IMG/VR virus record: IMGVR_UViG_3300028591_000078
Location: 96,001-160,000 of that record
Source of the DNA: a virus
Lineage: Duplodnaviria; Caudoviricetes
Strand: one strand, 5' to 3'
Length of the DNA: 64,000 bases
This document shows positions 40,231-49,863 of the stretch, piece after piece. Below the pieces are notes generated by a model. It worked only from the letters and a program-made list of their open reading frames with translations, was not told the DNA's origin and ran no database searches. Position 1 is the stretch's first letter, and each line of letters begins with the position of its first letter. The translations under genes and the position numbers were made by a program.

Positions 40231-40602
40231 TTATAATTCAGATAAGGTTAGAGTTTCCTTATCGAAATCTGCTACGTACTTTATATCATTAGATAAAAGC
40301 ATGATTCTTACTGTATGACTATCATATAACTCTACCTCTACAGTACAGTCATATAATTCTGGTAAATATGTATGGCACTGATCTTCTATATCATGCCTTA
40401 ATGCCGGGAGATCATCAGTGTTAGAATACCTATATCTAGATACTATACCAACTCCCATATCAGGATGATGCTGTATAGTACCAGGATCCATAAGTATAAG
40501 TCTTGTTATAAGCGTTTGCGTGGCTGCAGGTTTGCCTTCGCTATCTACATATTTCTTAGGTCTATCGAACTTATTGATAGACAGCAAGTACTCAGTAGCC
40601 AT
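40231..40602 (-). CDS. Baseplate wedge protein, gp25-like
   Basis: LILMDPGTIQHHPDMGVGI...IEDQCHTYLP pattern. Confidence 0.6.
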   Translation of the reverse strand: MATEYLLSINKFDRPKKYVDSEGKPAATQTLITRLILMDPGTIQHHPDMGVGIVSRYRYSNTDDLPALRHDIEDQCHTYLPELYDCTVEVELYDSHTVRIMLLSNDIKYVADFDKETLTLSEL

Positions 40603-41043
40603 ATAACCACCTCTTTTGATTTAATAAGCTGTTTATCAAATCATTTTTTACTGAAGCATAAAATGACCTCCCCGCAGGGAGGTCTTAGCCGGCATGAACT
40701 ACACCTTCATATCAGATGCAGATTTAAATCTATGACAGACTACTTCAGAGAATATGAAGGTTTCTATCTTCGAATAAATCAACTAGTCTGGTATGGGTTC
40801 ACTCACACTAATTAATAGTTATATATAAAATAGAGTCAGGGTTTAATCCCTGACTCTATAAATAGTAATTAGAGGACGATGTATGCACACATCTATTATA
40901 CTATCTCCGCAGAGAAGTACCTTATATGAATAGCTTATACCCCTTAAGCTGCTACTCATTTATATTTTTGTTATCTCTATCATAAAGTATAATATCGAAA
41001 GCCCGAAACATATTAGTAATTTGATCTAATAGGAGGAATTATC

Positions 41044-42771
41044 ATGGGTATATTTAGCTTGAGAGAATCTAACCTCTCTTCTAAAGAGAGAAATGAGTTA
41101 AAAGATTCTCAGTTTGGCTTACCTGAGGATAGAAAGTATCCTCTTAATGATGCAGACCATGTAAGATCTGCTATAAAGTTATTCGGACACTGTGAAGAGT
41201 CTAAGAAGACTCAACTTGCAAAGAGAATAAATGCCGCTGCAAAGAAGTATGGAGTAGAAATTAAGAAGGATAGTGCTGTTGCAGAGTATCTTAATGAGGC
41301 TGTACTTCTTGAAGCTAGTCATAGAAAGTATAAATGTCCTTATTGTAATGCTACTAAGGATAGGGATGATCTTATATCTCATATAGAAAGAAATCATGAT
41401 GATATGATTCCTAAGGGATATACTCCTACAAGAATAGTATTCGATATAGTAAATAATAAGAAGCCTGGAGAAGGCTTTGGAATATGTAGAGTATGCAAAG
41501 GTCATACATCTTGGAATGAAAAGACTTGTAAATATAATGTGCTCTGCGACAATCCTAACTGTCGGAAGGCTCTTAGAGAGAAAGCTAAGAAGAATATGAT
41601 TAAAGTATATGGTAAAACTACTCTCTTAGATGATCCTGAGCACCAGCAGAAGATGCTTGCTAACAGATCTATCTCTGGTACTTATACATTTAGAGATGGT
41701 GGTAAGATTACATATACTGGATCTTATGAAAAGAAAGCTCTTGAGTTCTTTGATCAAGTATTAGAAGTTCCTAGTAGTGATATAATGGCTCCTGGACCTA
41801 CATTAGAATATGAGTTTGAAGGTGAGAAGCGTTATTGGATTACTGATATCTACTATATACCTTATAATCTGATCATAGAGGTTAAGGATGGTGGAGATAA
41901 TCCTAATACTAGAGATATGCCTATATATAGAGGGAAGCAGTATGCCAAAGAAGAAATGATTACAAATCTTGGAAAGTTTAACTATCTTAGACTTACTAAT
42001 AATGATTTCTCTCAACTCTTATATATAATGGCTGATATGAAGTCTAATCTTCTTGATAATACTCAGGATCATACAAAAACTAATATCAGAATCAATGAGA
42101 CTTCTGGAACTGCTGCTATAATGGGAGCTATTCCTAATGCTACAGACTTTAATTGCTATATCATAAATTATCCTGAGCATAATCAGATCTCAGGTGAAGA
42201 TATAGAAAGGTCTGTTATAGCTAAAGATATAAACTCTAAAACAGTATTAGCTCTTGATGAGAAGAATAAGGTAGTTAAGAAGAAAGCTAAGGATTTACTT
42301 GAAAAAGGTATATTTGATATCTATAGAATCAATGTACCTGATAGAAGCGAAGCAATCCTTAGAATAAAAGAAGCTACTAAGACTCCTGTATATGGAGATA
42401 ATGATTTTGCAATATTCTATGAGATGATTACTGGTAAACCTCTTCTTGATAAAGACCAGCTTGCTATAGATGAGTGTACTACTCATGTAGATCTGGTAGC
42501 TATAAAGAAGAGATTCCTTAATGAGCAGAAGAGTATTAAAGGATATATGGCTAATAACTCTTTTGATAATCTTAGACTTCCTGTATTCGATCCTAAGAAG
42601 ATGGAATACAATGATTATATAGAGCGTAGAACTGACAAGGTATACTCTATCAAGGAAGATATGGATGGATACTTCTTATATAATAATGATACTGGAGCTA
42701 GATCCGAATCACATAAGAATATCTATGAAGTAACCTTAGAATTAATTTCTAATATGGAGGTAACAATATAG
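41044..42771 (+). CDS. Multidomain virion-associated protein with Zn finger and PD-(D/E)xK nuclease domain
   Basis: N-terminal ERNELKDSQFGLPEDRKYPL..HVRSA domain, CPYC..H..H, GSYE...TDIY....IIEVK, E|S/A sites, late promoter at 41007-41018. Confidence 0.65.
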   Translation: MGIFSLRESNLSSKERNELKDSQFGLPEDRKYPLNDADHVRSAIKLFGHCEESKKTQLAKRINAAAKKYGVEIKKDSAVAEYLNEAVLLEASHRKYKCPYCNATKDRDDLISHIERNHDDMIPKGYTPTRIVFDIVNNKKPGEGFGICRVCKGHTSWNEKTCKYNVLCDNPNCRKALREKAKKNMIKVYGKTTLLDDPEHQQKMLANRSISGTYTFRDGGKITYTGSYEKKALEFFDQVLEVPSSDIMAPGPTLEYEFEGEKRYWITDIYYIPYNLIIEVKDGGDNPNTRDMPIYRGKQYAKEEMITNLGKFNYLRLTNNDFSQLLYIMADMKSNLLDNTQDHTKTNIRINETSGTAAIMGAIPNATDFNCYIINYPEHNQISGEDIERSVIAKDINSKTVLALDEKNKVVKKKAKDLLEKGIFDIYRINVPDRSEAILRIKEATKTPVYGDNDFAIFYEMITGKPLLDKDQLAIDECTTHVDLVAIKKRFLNEQKSIKGYMANNSFDNLRLPVFDPKKMEYNDYIERRTDKVYSIKEDMDGYFLYNNDTGARSESHKNIYEVTLELISNMEVTI

Positions 42772-42772
42772 T

Positions 42773-42937
42773 GACGGAGAAGTAGGTGCGCGCATAGTCC
42801 GTCTCGTTCGCCGCGCGTGGCATGATCTGGCCAATACTTCGCGGCTTGTGGCTCATTTGGCAGGGTTGGAGCTTCTAACTAATCCTCCAACAGGAATAAA
42901 GAACCCAGAGGTATAGTACCTCTGGGTTCGTTTTGTG
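42773..42937 (+). ncRNA. Candidate structured GC-rich ncRNA
   Basis: AACA-N6-TG promoter at 42762-42773; stems GACGGA/TCCGTC, CCGCG/CGCGG, GTTGGAG/CTCCAAC; terminator; no ORF. Confidence 0.55.
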
Positions 42938-42940
42938 TTT

Positions 42941-43789
42941 TTAAGATAATGCATTTATTTTAGCATCACATAACCGTATTAAAGACTCATATCTTTTTAT
43001 AGCCAAGGATCTATCTTTACCACTAATAGAATCAGGAGCTGCTCTTACCATATCCAATATGATCCACCATATATTTTTAAAACCAATATCTATAAGCCAA
43101 TCAAAAAAGTCCTGATTATCTATAGCTTTTGCTTGCTTTAAGCAATCTTCAAATATTGATTTTGCTTCTTTATATAATTTTATTGCTACTTTTGAATCTT
43201 TTTCTTTTTTAGCACTCTTAAATAATCTTGAAGCTTCTTTGTGCTGACTAGAGAAATAAACTGTCCACTTCTGTATTTTAGCGGATTCATTAACAGGCTT
43301 TCTACCTTTCTTAGCAACCTTAATACCCTTAGTCTTAAGCTGTCTAAGAACTGTAGCAGTATTATATATTCCACCGAGCTTCTTCTTGGAGCCGGTGGCC
43401 TTCTTAAGCTTCTTAGACTCTTCAAGATATTCAAGAGCATCTTCCTCAGACTCAATAAGAACATACAGATCATCGACTTCAATATTATTAGCTTCGGCTA
43501 TATCAGCAACAGCCTGATCTATATCAACGAGGCTATTAGTATCCATATACTTAGCGAGCATTTCAAGCTCTACACAGAAAGGACTATCATCGCAGTCATC
43601 TATCTGAAGTACAGGAATACTTTCTTTTGGATAAACCACATAATCTTTATCTATCTCTCTCTTTATATCAGCATAAAGCCCATCGAGTTCAAGCTTTACG
43701 TCAGAGTCAAAAATAGAATCAGTATTGTAGCTATCAGATTCTGCACATTCGCTTATAAGATCGAATGCCTTCTTATTTACTATAGACAT
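42941..43789 (-). CDS. Putative internal head protein
   Basis: Start at ATG 43789 after AAGGAGG; late promoter; multiple E|S sites. Confidence 0.6.
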   Translation of the reverse strand: MSIVNKKAFDLISECAESDSYNTDSIFDSDVKLELDGLYADIKREIDKDYVVYPKESIPVLQIDDCDDSPFCVELEMLAKYMDTNSLVDIDQAVADIAEANNIEVDDLYVLIESEEDALEYLEESKKLKKATGSKKKLGGIYNTATVLRQLKTKGIKVAKKGRKPVNESAKIQKWTVYFSSQHKEASRLFKSAKKEKDSKVAIKLYKEAKSIFEDCLKQAKAIDNQDFFDWLIDIGFKNIWWIILDMVRAAPDSISGKDRSLAIKRYESLIRLCDAKINALS

Positions 43790-43901
43790 TAGTAATTCCT
43801 CCTTAGTGTCTAGATTTTTATTAGTATGTTGCCAATATACCGAATTCAAAGGATTTTAAGATTGTATACTATAATAATGGTATTAGAAAGGAGGTGTTAT
43901 A

Positions 43902-44603
43902 ATGGCACTGACAATGTTGCCTGACATTACAGGCGAAGAATATTATAATATCTTTTGTGATGCATCTATAAAGACTTTTGAAGATGGAGTCACAATAGGT
44001 TGTGCTGGTGCAATAGGAATGCACGGCAATAAAAAAGATATGTGGCGGTATCAAATAGTACCAGCCACTACTAATAATAACAGCGAGATAACTGCAATGT
44101 TTCTAGCTGTTGAACTTGCTCTTGTAGCAAGACAGTTCTATAAGAATATTAATGTCTTTTCTGATAGTAAGATATGCGTATTTGGAATAAGACATTGGTA
44201 TGAAGGATGGTTGAGAAACATGGACGAAAATGGAGTCTTATATGGCTCCAATGGAGCTCCAGTAGCCAACCAAGAGATCTTTAAAGATGTAATGAGATTT
44301 GTACTACAGAATGAACTCAAGTTCAATCTCTATCATCAGAAAGGTCATGTGACAAATACTAAAGAGTCTATGGCTAATGCACTTTCTGTATTCAGAGTAA
44401 GCAATAAGATGGATATTTCTGAACAGAATCTTCGATATATTACTAAAGGTAATATAGAGGTAGACAAAACAACAAAAGCACATTTGAAGCTTATCAATAG
44501 CTCCAATGGTTATAAGACTCCGATCAATAGGGTATTCAACTCTATTGTCACTTATGACGATGTGCCAAAATATTCCAGACTAGTAGGTGGTGGAAAGATA
44601 TGA
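43902..44603 (+). CDS. rnhA: Ribonuclease HI
   Basis: IFCDAS, TNNNSE, FSDSK, HQKGH, GNIEVD. Confidence 0.9.
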   Translation: MALTMLPDITGEEYYNIFCDASIKTFEDGVTIGCAGAIGMHGNKKDMWRYQIVPATTNNNSEITAMFLAVELALVARQFYKNINVFSDSKICVFGIRHWYEGWLRNMDENGVLYGSNGAPVANQEIFKDVMRFVLQNELKFNLYHQKGHVTNTKESMANALSVFRVSNKMDISEQNLRYITKGNIEVDKTTKAHLKLINSSNGYKTPINRVFNSIVTYDDVPKYSRLVGGGKI

Positions 44604-45004
44604 AAGTAGCAATATCTAATAATAATGGTAGTATGACTAAAGATGTAGAGGCCATGGTATGGCAAATGGATACGTTTGGTAGTGGTTATAGTACAGCTTT
44701 AAAAGCAGATGTACTATTAAACTTAACTAATGCATGTCATATAGTAGGTAGTGTAGACAAGACTAGTTCTAGAACATATTTAGAATTAGACAATGCAGCA
44801 GATTTCATAGTAGATATATTTATAGAGTTCGAGAATCTACTCAGACATTCTAATAATAAACCTGAAATAGATTCTTTGGCATTACTAGCAGGTAATACAT
44901 TCCTCAATGCATTTAGATCTATTGTTGATACGCCTCTTAAGGCAGAAGTTTTATCTGGCAGGTATATTCAAATGCTATTCAAACTCACCAAAATAGCAAA
45001 CTAA
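44600..45004 (+). CDS. Hypothetical protein
   Basis: ATGA overlap with the RNase H gene. Confidence 0.65.
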   Translation: MKVAISNNNGSMTKDVEAMVWQMDTFGSGYSTALKADVLLNLTNACHIVGSVDKTSSRTYLELDNAADFIVDIFIEFENLLRHSNNKPEIDSLALLAGNTFLNAFRSIVDTPLKAEVLSGRYIQMLFKLTKIAN

Positions 45005-45051
45005 AGCTACAAGAACTATTAGTAATCAATAATATTAGGAGGATTACTTAA

Positions 45052-46002
45052 ATGAAACGTTTAGACCCCGCAACTCAGATTGAGATCGATTCGATGATCG
45101 AATCTGATCCTAGATTTCAGAATGCACCTGAAGATACAATTGAAGTAACTGAAGGTAAAATTGATGAAGAACTTGCAGAGTATGGAACATCAATGCTTGA
45201 AAAAGAGTGTAAAGAAGACATGAAGAAAAGAGGTCTTCTTGATCTTGTATATGATGAAAAGAAAGGTCAGGTTATACCTGATCAGATATCTTTCTATACT
45301 AAGGTAGGAGCTTTCCTGCAGGATACAGGTACAGTATTTGCTACCAAGATTGCAAATACTTATGAACAAGCCGCTAATATTGAAGATGTCAATGATAAAA
45401 TAAAAGAGCTCAGGAATTTAAGTTCAAATTTCAGTGCTTATACAAATAGCGTAAATGCTATTATAAATTATCGTGTATCCTATCATTTTGCTACATTCCA
45501 GATGAGCTTAGCCGCTAATAGCTGGAAATTTGCAGCAGTATTCAAAGCTATAGGTAATCTTGAAGCTATTTCTAGATATAGACTCGGCCCTATAGCATAT
45601 CCTGGTGAATATAATATGTCTAAAGATGTGATATTTGTCACAGCTTTAAATATAGCTACTGTATTCTATCAGGAAGCTATAAATAAAAAGCTCGAACCTA
45701 CAGATTATCCTGACTTTGCAGCGCTTACTATGGAAGATATATATAGCCTTGCAAACTTTATGGTACCCGGACTCTGTGCAATGCTTGAGTTTATACAGAC
45801 AGATATAAGATATTACAAATCTACTATGCTACCTGGATATAATCCGAAGACTATGAATGGTTTTCCTAATCTTATATCTAAAGAGCTTTCTAAAAGTATT
45901 GATGCAGCTTATAACGAAAAGTTCAAAGCAAAGAAAGCCGGTCTTATAGCAAAAGATGATGACGATGACAATTATGGTGACGATGGATATGACCCATTCT
46001 AA
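45052..46002 (+). CDS. Hypothetical protein
   Basis: 316-aa ORF with AGGAGG RBS. Confidence 0.75.
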   Translation: MKRLDPATQIEIDSMIESDPRFQNAPEDTIEVTEGKIDEELAEYGTSMLEKECKEDMKKRGLLDLVYDEKKGQVIPDQISFYTKVGAFLQDTGTVFATKIANTYEQAANIEDVNDKIKELRNLSSNFSAYTNSVNAIINYRVSYHFATFQMSLAANSWKFAAVFKAIGNLEAISRYRLGPIAYPGEYNMSKDVIFVTALNIATVFYQEAINKKLEPTDYPDFAALTMEDIYSLANFMVPGLCAMLEFIQTDIRYYKSTMLPGYNPKTMNGFPNLISKELSKSIDAAYNEKFKAKKAGLIAKDDDDDNYGDDGYDPF

Positions 46003-46093
46003 AAATAATACAGGAGTTGTCTCAAAGACAACTCCGATATTATCCCTTTCTACAGTTATATACTATAGATGTAGATAGAAAGGAGGAAATATA

Positions 46094-47350
46094 TTGGCCT
46101 TCAATGACTATAACCCTATAACAGATACTAGTCTTCCAAAAGAAGTAAGACTTAAGTATGTTAAAGAGGGTGTAAAGCATAGCCCACCAAAGGAAGAAAC
46201 TCCTGAGGAAAGAGCTAAAAGAAATCGAGAGCGTATGGCTAGAGAAGCCGATGCTCTACAGATGGCTAGGAATGGCATGACTCTTGAGCAACAAGAACAA
46301 AAGCTCATGAGAGAGTATTCCAGGTATATGGCTAGACCTACAGCAGAAGATGTTGCAGGTTTTAAACCAGAAATACCAGAAGTAAGGCCTGATCCGCCTG
46401 ATGCTCCACAGTATACACCATATACTCAAGAGCAGATAAATCAGATGAATCAGAGCTTCAGCAACCAAGTCTTATATGGAGGAAGCTATTATTATAATAA
46501 TGGCTATAATCCATATTGGAATGCTGGTTATAATGGGTATGCCTATGCGTATAACGGAGCGTATAGTCCTACCATGTATTCCCAGTTTATGAATGAAGAG
46601 CAGCAGAGAATTGCTGCACTGCGAGAAGAGCAGTTAAACATAATGAGTATCTTGATCTCTGGGGCCAGAACTGGCGCTACTGGCGTTATGACGACTCCTG
46701 AAGAGGTTAAGAAAGAGTTACTGACTCCTCCGCAGAAGAGAATAGAGGATGAGTATGCTAAGAGAAAGCTTGTAATACATGTCCCTGGAATTAGATTAAC
46801 CGTAGGTGACAAGGTAATTAAAGAAGTTGAAGCCCACGATGTCGAATATTCTGGACGTGACCTTATGTTGTATGAACAAGAAGAGCAGCAATTCAGAGCT
46901 ACGATTGCTACTGCAGTAGAAGGTAATGTTGTTAAAGCTCAGCAGCTTGCTTGGGTTAATCAACAGAGAGAAGCTTATCGAAAGAAATATCCTCTGAGTA
47001 TGAAGATAGACGAGTTCTGGGATCATTATGGTACAGAAATGTATCATGATTATATCGATGATCTCGTTCAGAAACAGCAGAAGAAACTCATGGGTCTTTA
47101 TGATAGTAATGAGTTCTCTAAGGTATTACGGCAGTTCATGAAGAAGACTAATCCTTATGGATATTCTATCTATCAGAATGCTATGATGAATACCAACAAT
47201 GGATATATAAATATGTCTGGCCCTATAAATGTAAATGATCTTGAAGTATCTCTTCCTAATCATTTGCGTAACGAGGCAGATAAGCGTAGATCCGAATTCT
47301 TTGCCAGGATTATGACTGGAAGAACCCAGGGTCCTGGTCAATCTCCCTAA
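46094..47350 (+). CDS. Hypothetical protein with Y/N/G-rich low-complexity segment
   Basis: 418-aa ORF, TTG start after AGGAGG. Confidence 0.7.
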   Translation: MAFNDYNPITDTSLPKEVRLKYVKEGVKHSPPKEETPEERAKRNRERMAREADALQMARNGMTLEQQEQKLMREYSRYMARPTAEDVAGFKPEIPEVRPDPPDAPQYTPYTQEQINQMNQSFSNQVLYGGSYYYNNGYNPYWNAGYNGYAYAYNGAYSPTMYSQFMNEEQQRIAALREEQLNIMSILISGARTGATGVMTTPEEVKKELLTPPQKRIEDEYAKRKLVIHVPGIRLTVGDKVIKEVEAHDVEYSGRDLMLYEQEEQQFRATIATAVEGNVVKAQQLAWVNQQREAYRKKYPLSMKIDEFWDHYGTEMYHDYIDDLVQKQQKKLMGLYDSNEFSKVLRQFMKKTNPYGYSIYQNAMMNTNNGYINMSGPINVNDLEVSLPNHLRNEADKRRSEFFARIMTGRTQGPGQSP

Positions 47351-47366
47351 AAGGAGGTATAAATAG

Positions 47367-49808
47367 TTGGCTAGAGCAGATATACTGAAAGTATTATACT
47401 CGAAAACACTCAGTCCGTTAGAGTTTAGGTTTGAGAGTTTAGTAATACCAAGTATGTACAACTATTTAACGCCATATGATATACAAGCACTCAATGATGT
47501 AGCAACCTCTGTTATGTATAATGCTAACAGAAAGTTTAAAGAAAAAGAGATTGATCGAATAATGGTCAATCGAAGTTTCAGAAGGTTTCATTGTGGAACC
47601 AATAGAGTAGTATATAGACACCTAGAAGATCCTAGGTTTGTGGCAAAAATAGCGTTAGATAGAACTGGTTTAAGAGATAATCCTAGTGAATTTAAAAACC
47701 AGGCTTATCTTAAACCATTCATAACTAAAGTATTTGAAGTTTCACCTTGCGGTACAGTAGGTTTTGTTGAAAAGGTAGAACCTATTACTAGTAGAGAAGA
47801 GTTCCTTAATATAGCTAATGATGTGTTCGATGTGCTGGTCTATGGTTTAATTGGACTCTATGCATTAGACGATGTTGGGACAGACTTCTTTATGAATTGG
47901 GGAGTAAGATTAGGCTTTGGACCAGTCTTGCTAGACTTCCCATATGTATTCAGACTAGATGGAAACAAGCTTCATTGTGCTTTACCTGAAATAGATCCTT
48001 ATGGCAATAGAACTGGAAGGATTTGCGATGGTGAAATAGACTATGATGATGGTTTCAATTATCTAGTATGTCCCAAGTGTGGAAAGAAATACTGTGCAAG
48101 AGATCTTGCTGAAGCACAGCAAGATAATCTGATAATATTAAAAGGAGGACAAGAAGATATGCCTTTAAAAGTATGTGTATTCTTCGGAGATAAGCCCCTT
48201 GGAGGCTCTGAACCGCAGAAGGAGACTGATAAGATAGTGTACACAAGTGCACCTAAGAAACCTACAATCAGCAATAGTATAGGAGGCCTTAAGGTAGCTC
48301 TTGCTAAGATGCCTAATCCTGCAGAGAAACCTAAGCCTGTAGACTTCTCATCTCATATTCCTGAGAAATTTGGCGAAGTAGATAGAGAAGCTCTTCCGCC
48401 TGTTATTCAGGAACTGTTAGAGCAGAAAGCTGCTCTGGAAGAAGCATATGAAAAGAAGTCTGCTCCTGAGCTGATAGTTGGATTCCCGCCTAAACAGGAG
48501 AGCAATACTCCAATTACAGCTGATCAGGTAATGATCACTGAAAATAAGAAGAACTATACCAGTCCTGTGAAAATTCCTGAAGCTGATGTAGCTAAACCTA
48601 AAGGAGGAATAACACTCTCATTCAATGGTAAGGAAACTACAATAGGTAATCCTACTGTTAAAGAGAAGAAGACAGAGAAAAGAGAGGGCACACCTATGAG
48701 GAAGGGACCTAAGTTCAATCATAACTACAAAGCCAAGTTCAATGTAATAGAGGATCAGCCTGAACAGCCGCAGGTTAAGGAAGAAGTTGTCAAGGAACCT
48801 GTTGTAGAAGAGCCTGCTCCTAAAGTTACAGTTGAACTGAATGGTGTACCTGGAACGAGTCAGACTAATGACTATTCTCGTTTTCAGCAGATAATCGATA
48901 GTATATCTGAGAGACAGATGGACGAAGAATCTACTTATCCTCAGATGACTATCGATACAGTTTTCAAGAAGTTACCGTCTTCTGATATGGTAAACAGTAT
49001 GAGAACTGTTATCGAGGATCTCAGATCTGACATAGAAGATGGTATGATCGACATTGATGAAAATGCTGATGACACATTTATCGATCACGTTGTTCATAAG
49101 TATTACGGTTGTACTGTTGATACTTATATAAAGAGAAACAATGGAGATATCTTCGTCAATATAGTAGAAGATGAATATCCTGATCAGCCTTTTAAGTTCA
49201 GAAATAATATCAAAGAGATGTATCCTGATATAATCTTTGATACACCTGACGATGAGGAAGATGATGAAGAGGATGTAGATGAAGAAGATATTGCTGCTGA
49301 GTCTACAGATGAATCAGAAGAGTCTACTGAAGAGCCTTCTGACGAGACTCCTGCTGAAGAGGAACAGGTTCAGAAGATAGATACTTCTAACTATGAACCC
49401 TTGTTCCCTAAGCTGACAGAGGATTTCAAGAGAATGTGTAAGGAATCTCTGCCTGAGAATAGTAATAGAGTAGATGCAAAGGTATTCAAGATAAGTGGAG
49501 ACCCTCATGTCTTTGTAATGCCGATGTATGAAAATGAGATCTATGATTCTCCTATTCAGTATGGAACCTTTGATGAGCTGTTCGAAAGAATCAGTAAGAT
49601 CAGAGGTACAACTTTCCCTGAGAATGTAAAGGCTAAACTCATGGAAGAGATAACAGATGATGACTCATTCAATGTCGTAGTTGCTGGAAATGCAAGAATT
49701 ATCTCGCCTAATACTGAATCCGGTTCAGATGGGTTATCAAACAATGCTGAACATACTGTAAAGCGTGAACAGCACCATACAGATCCTAGCAACCTTGCTA
49801 GTTTCTAA
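47367..49808 (+). CDS. Protein-kinase-like protein with long acidic/disordered C-terminus
   Basis: CGTNRVVY, VAKIA, DNPSE, DDVG...NWG, LLDF, followed by CPKCGK Zn ribbon. Confidence 0.65.
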   Translation: MARADILKVLYSKTLSPLEFRFESLVIPSMYNYLTPYDIQALNDVATSVMYNANRKFKEKEIDRIMVNRSFRRFHCGTNRVVYRHLEDPRFVAKIALDRTGLRDNPSEFKNQAYLKPFITKVFEVSPCGTVGFVEKVEPITSREEFLNIANDVFDVLVYGLIGLYALDDVGTDFFMNWGVRLGFGPVLLDFPYVFRLDGNKLHCALPEIDPYGNRTGRICDGEIDYDDGFNYLVCPKCGKKYCARDLAEAQQDNLIILKGGQEDMPLKVCVFFGDKPLGGSEPQKETDKIVYTSAPKKPTISNSIGGLKVALAKMPNPAEKPKPVDFSSHIPEKFGEVDREALPPVIQELLEQKAALEEAYEKKSAPELIVGFPPKQESNTPITADQVMITENKKNYTSPVKIPEADVAKPKGGITLSFNGKETTIGNPTVKEKKTEKREGTPMRKGPKFNHNYKAKFNVIEDQPEQPQVKEEVVKEPVVEEPAPKVTVELNGVPGTSQTNDYSRFQQIIDSISERQMDEESTYPQMTIDTVFKKLPSSDMVNSMRTVIEDLRSDIEDGMIDIDENADDTFIDHVVHKYYGCTVDTYIKRNNGDIFVNIVEDEYPDQPFKFRNNIKEMYPDIIFDTPDDEEDDEEDVDEEDIAAESTDESEESTEEPSDETPAEEEQVQKIDTSNYEPLFPKLTEDFKRMCKESLPENSNRVDAKVFKISGDPHVFVMPMYENEIYDSPIQYGTFDELFERISKIRGTTFPENVKAKLMEEITDDDSFNVVVAGNARIISPNTESGSDGLSNNAEHTVKREQHHTDPSNLASF

Positions 49809-49863
49809 GTAAAAGAATAAACGGTGGTTCAATCCACCGTTTATTTTTTATAGGAGGAGAACA

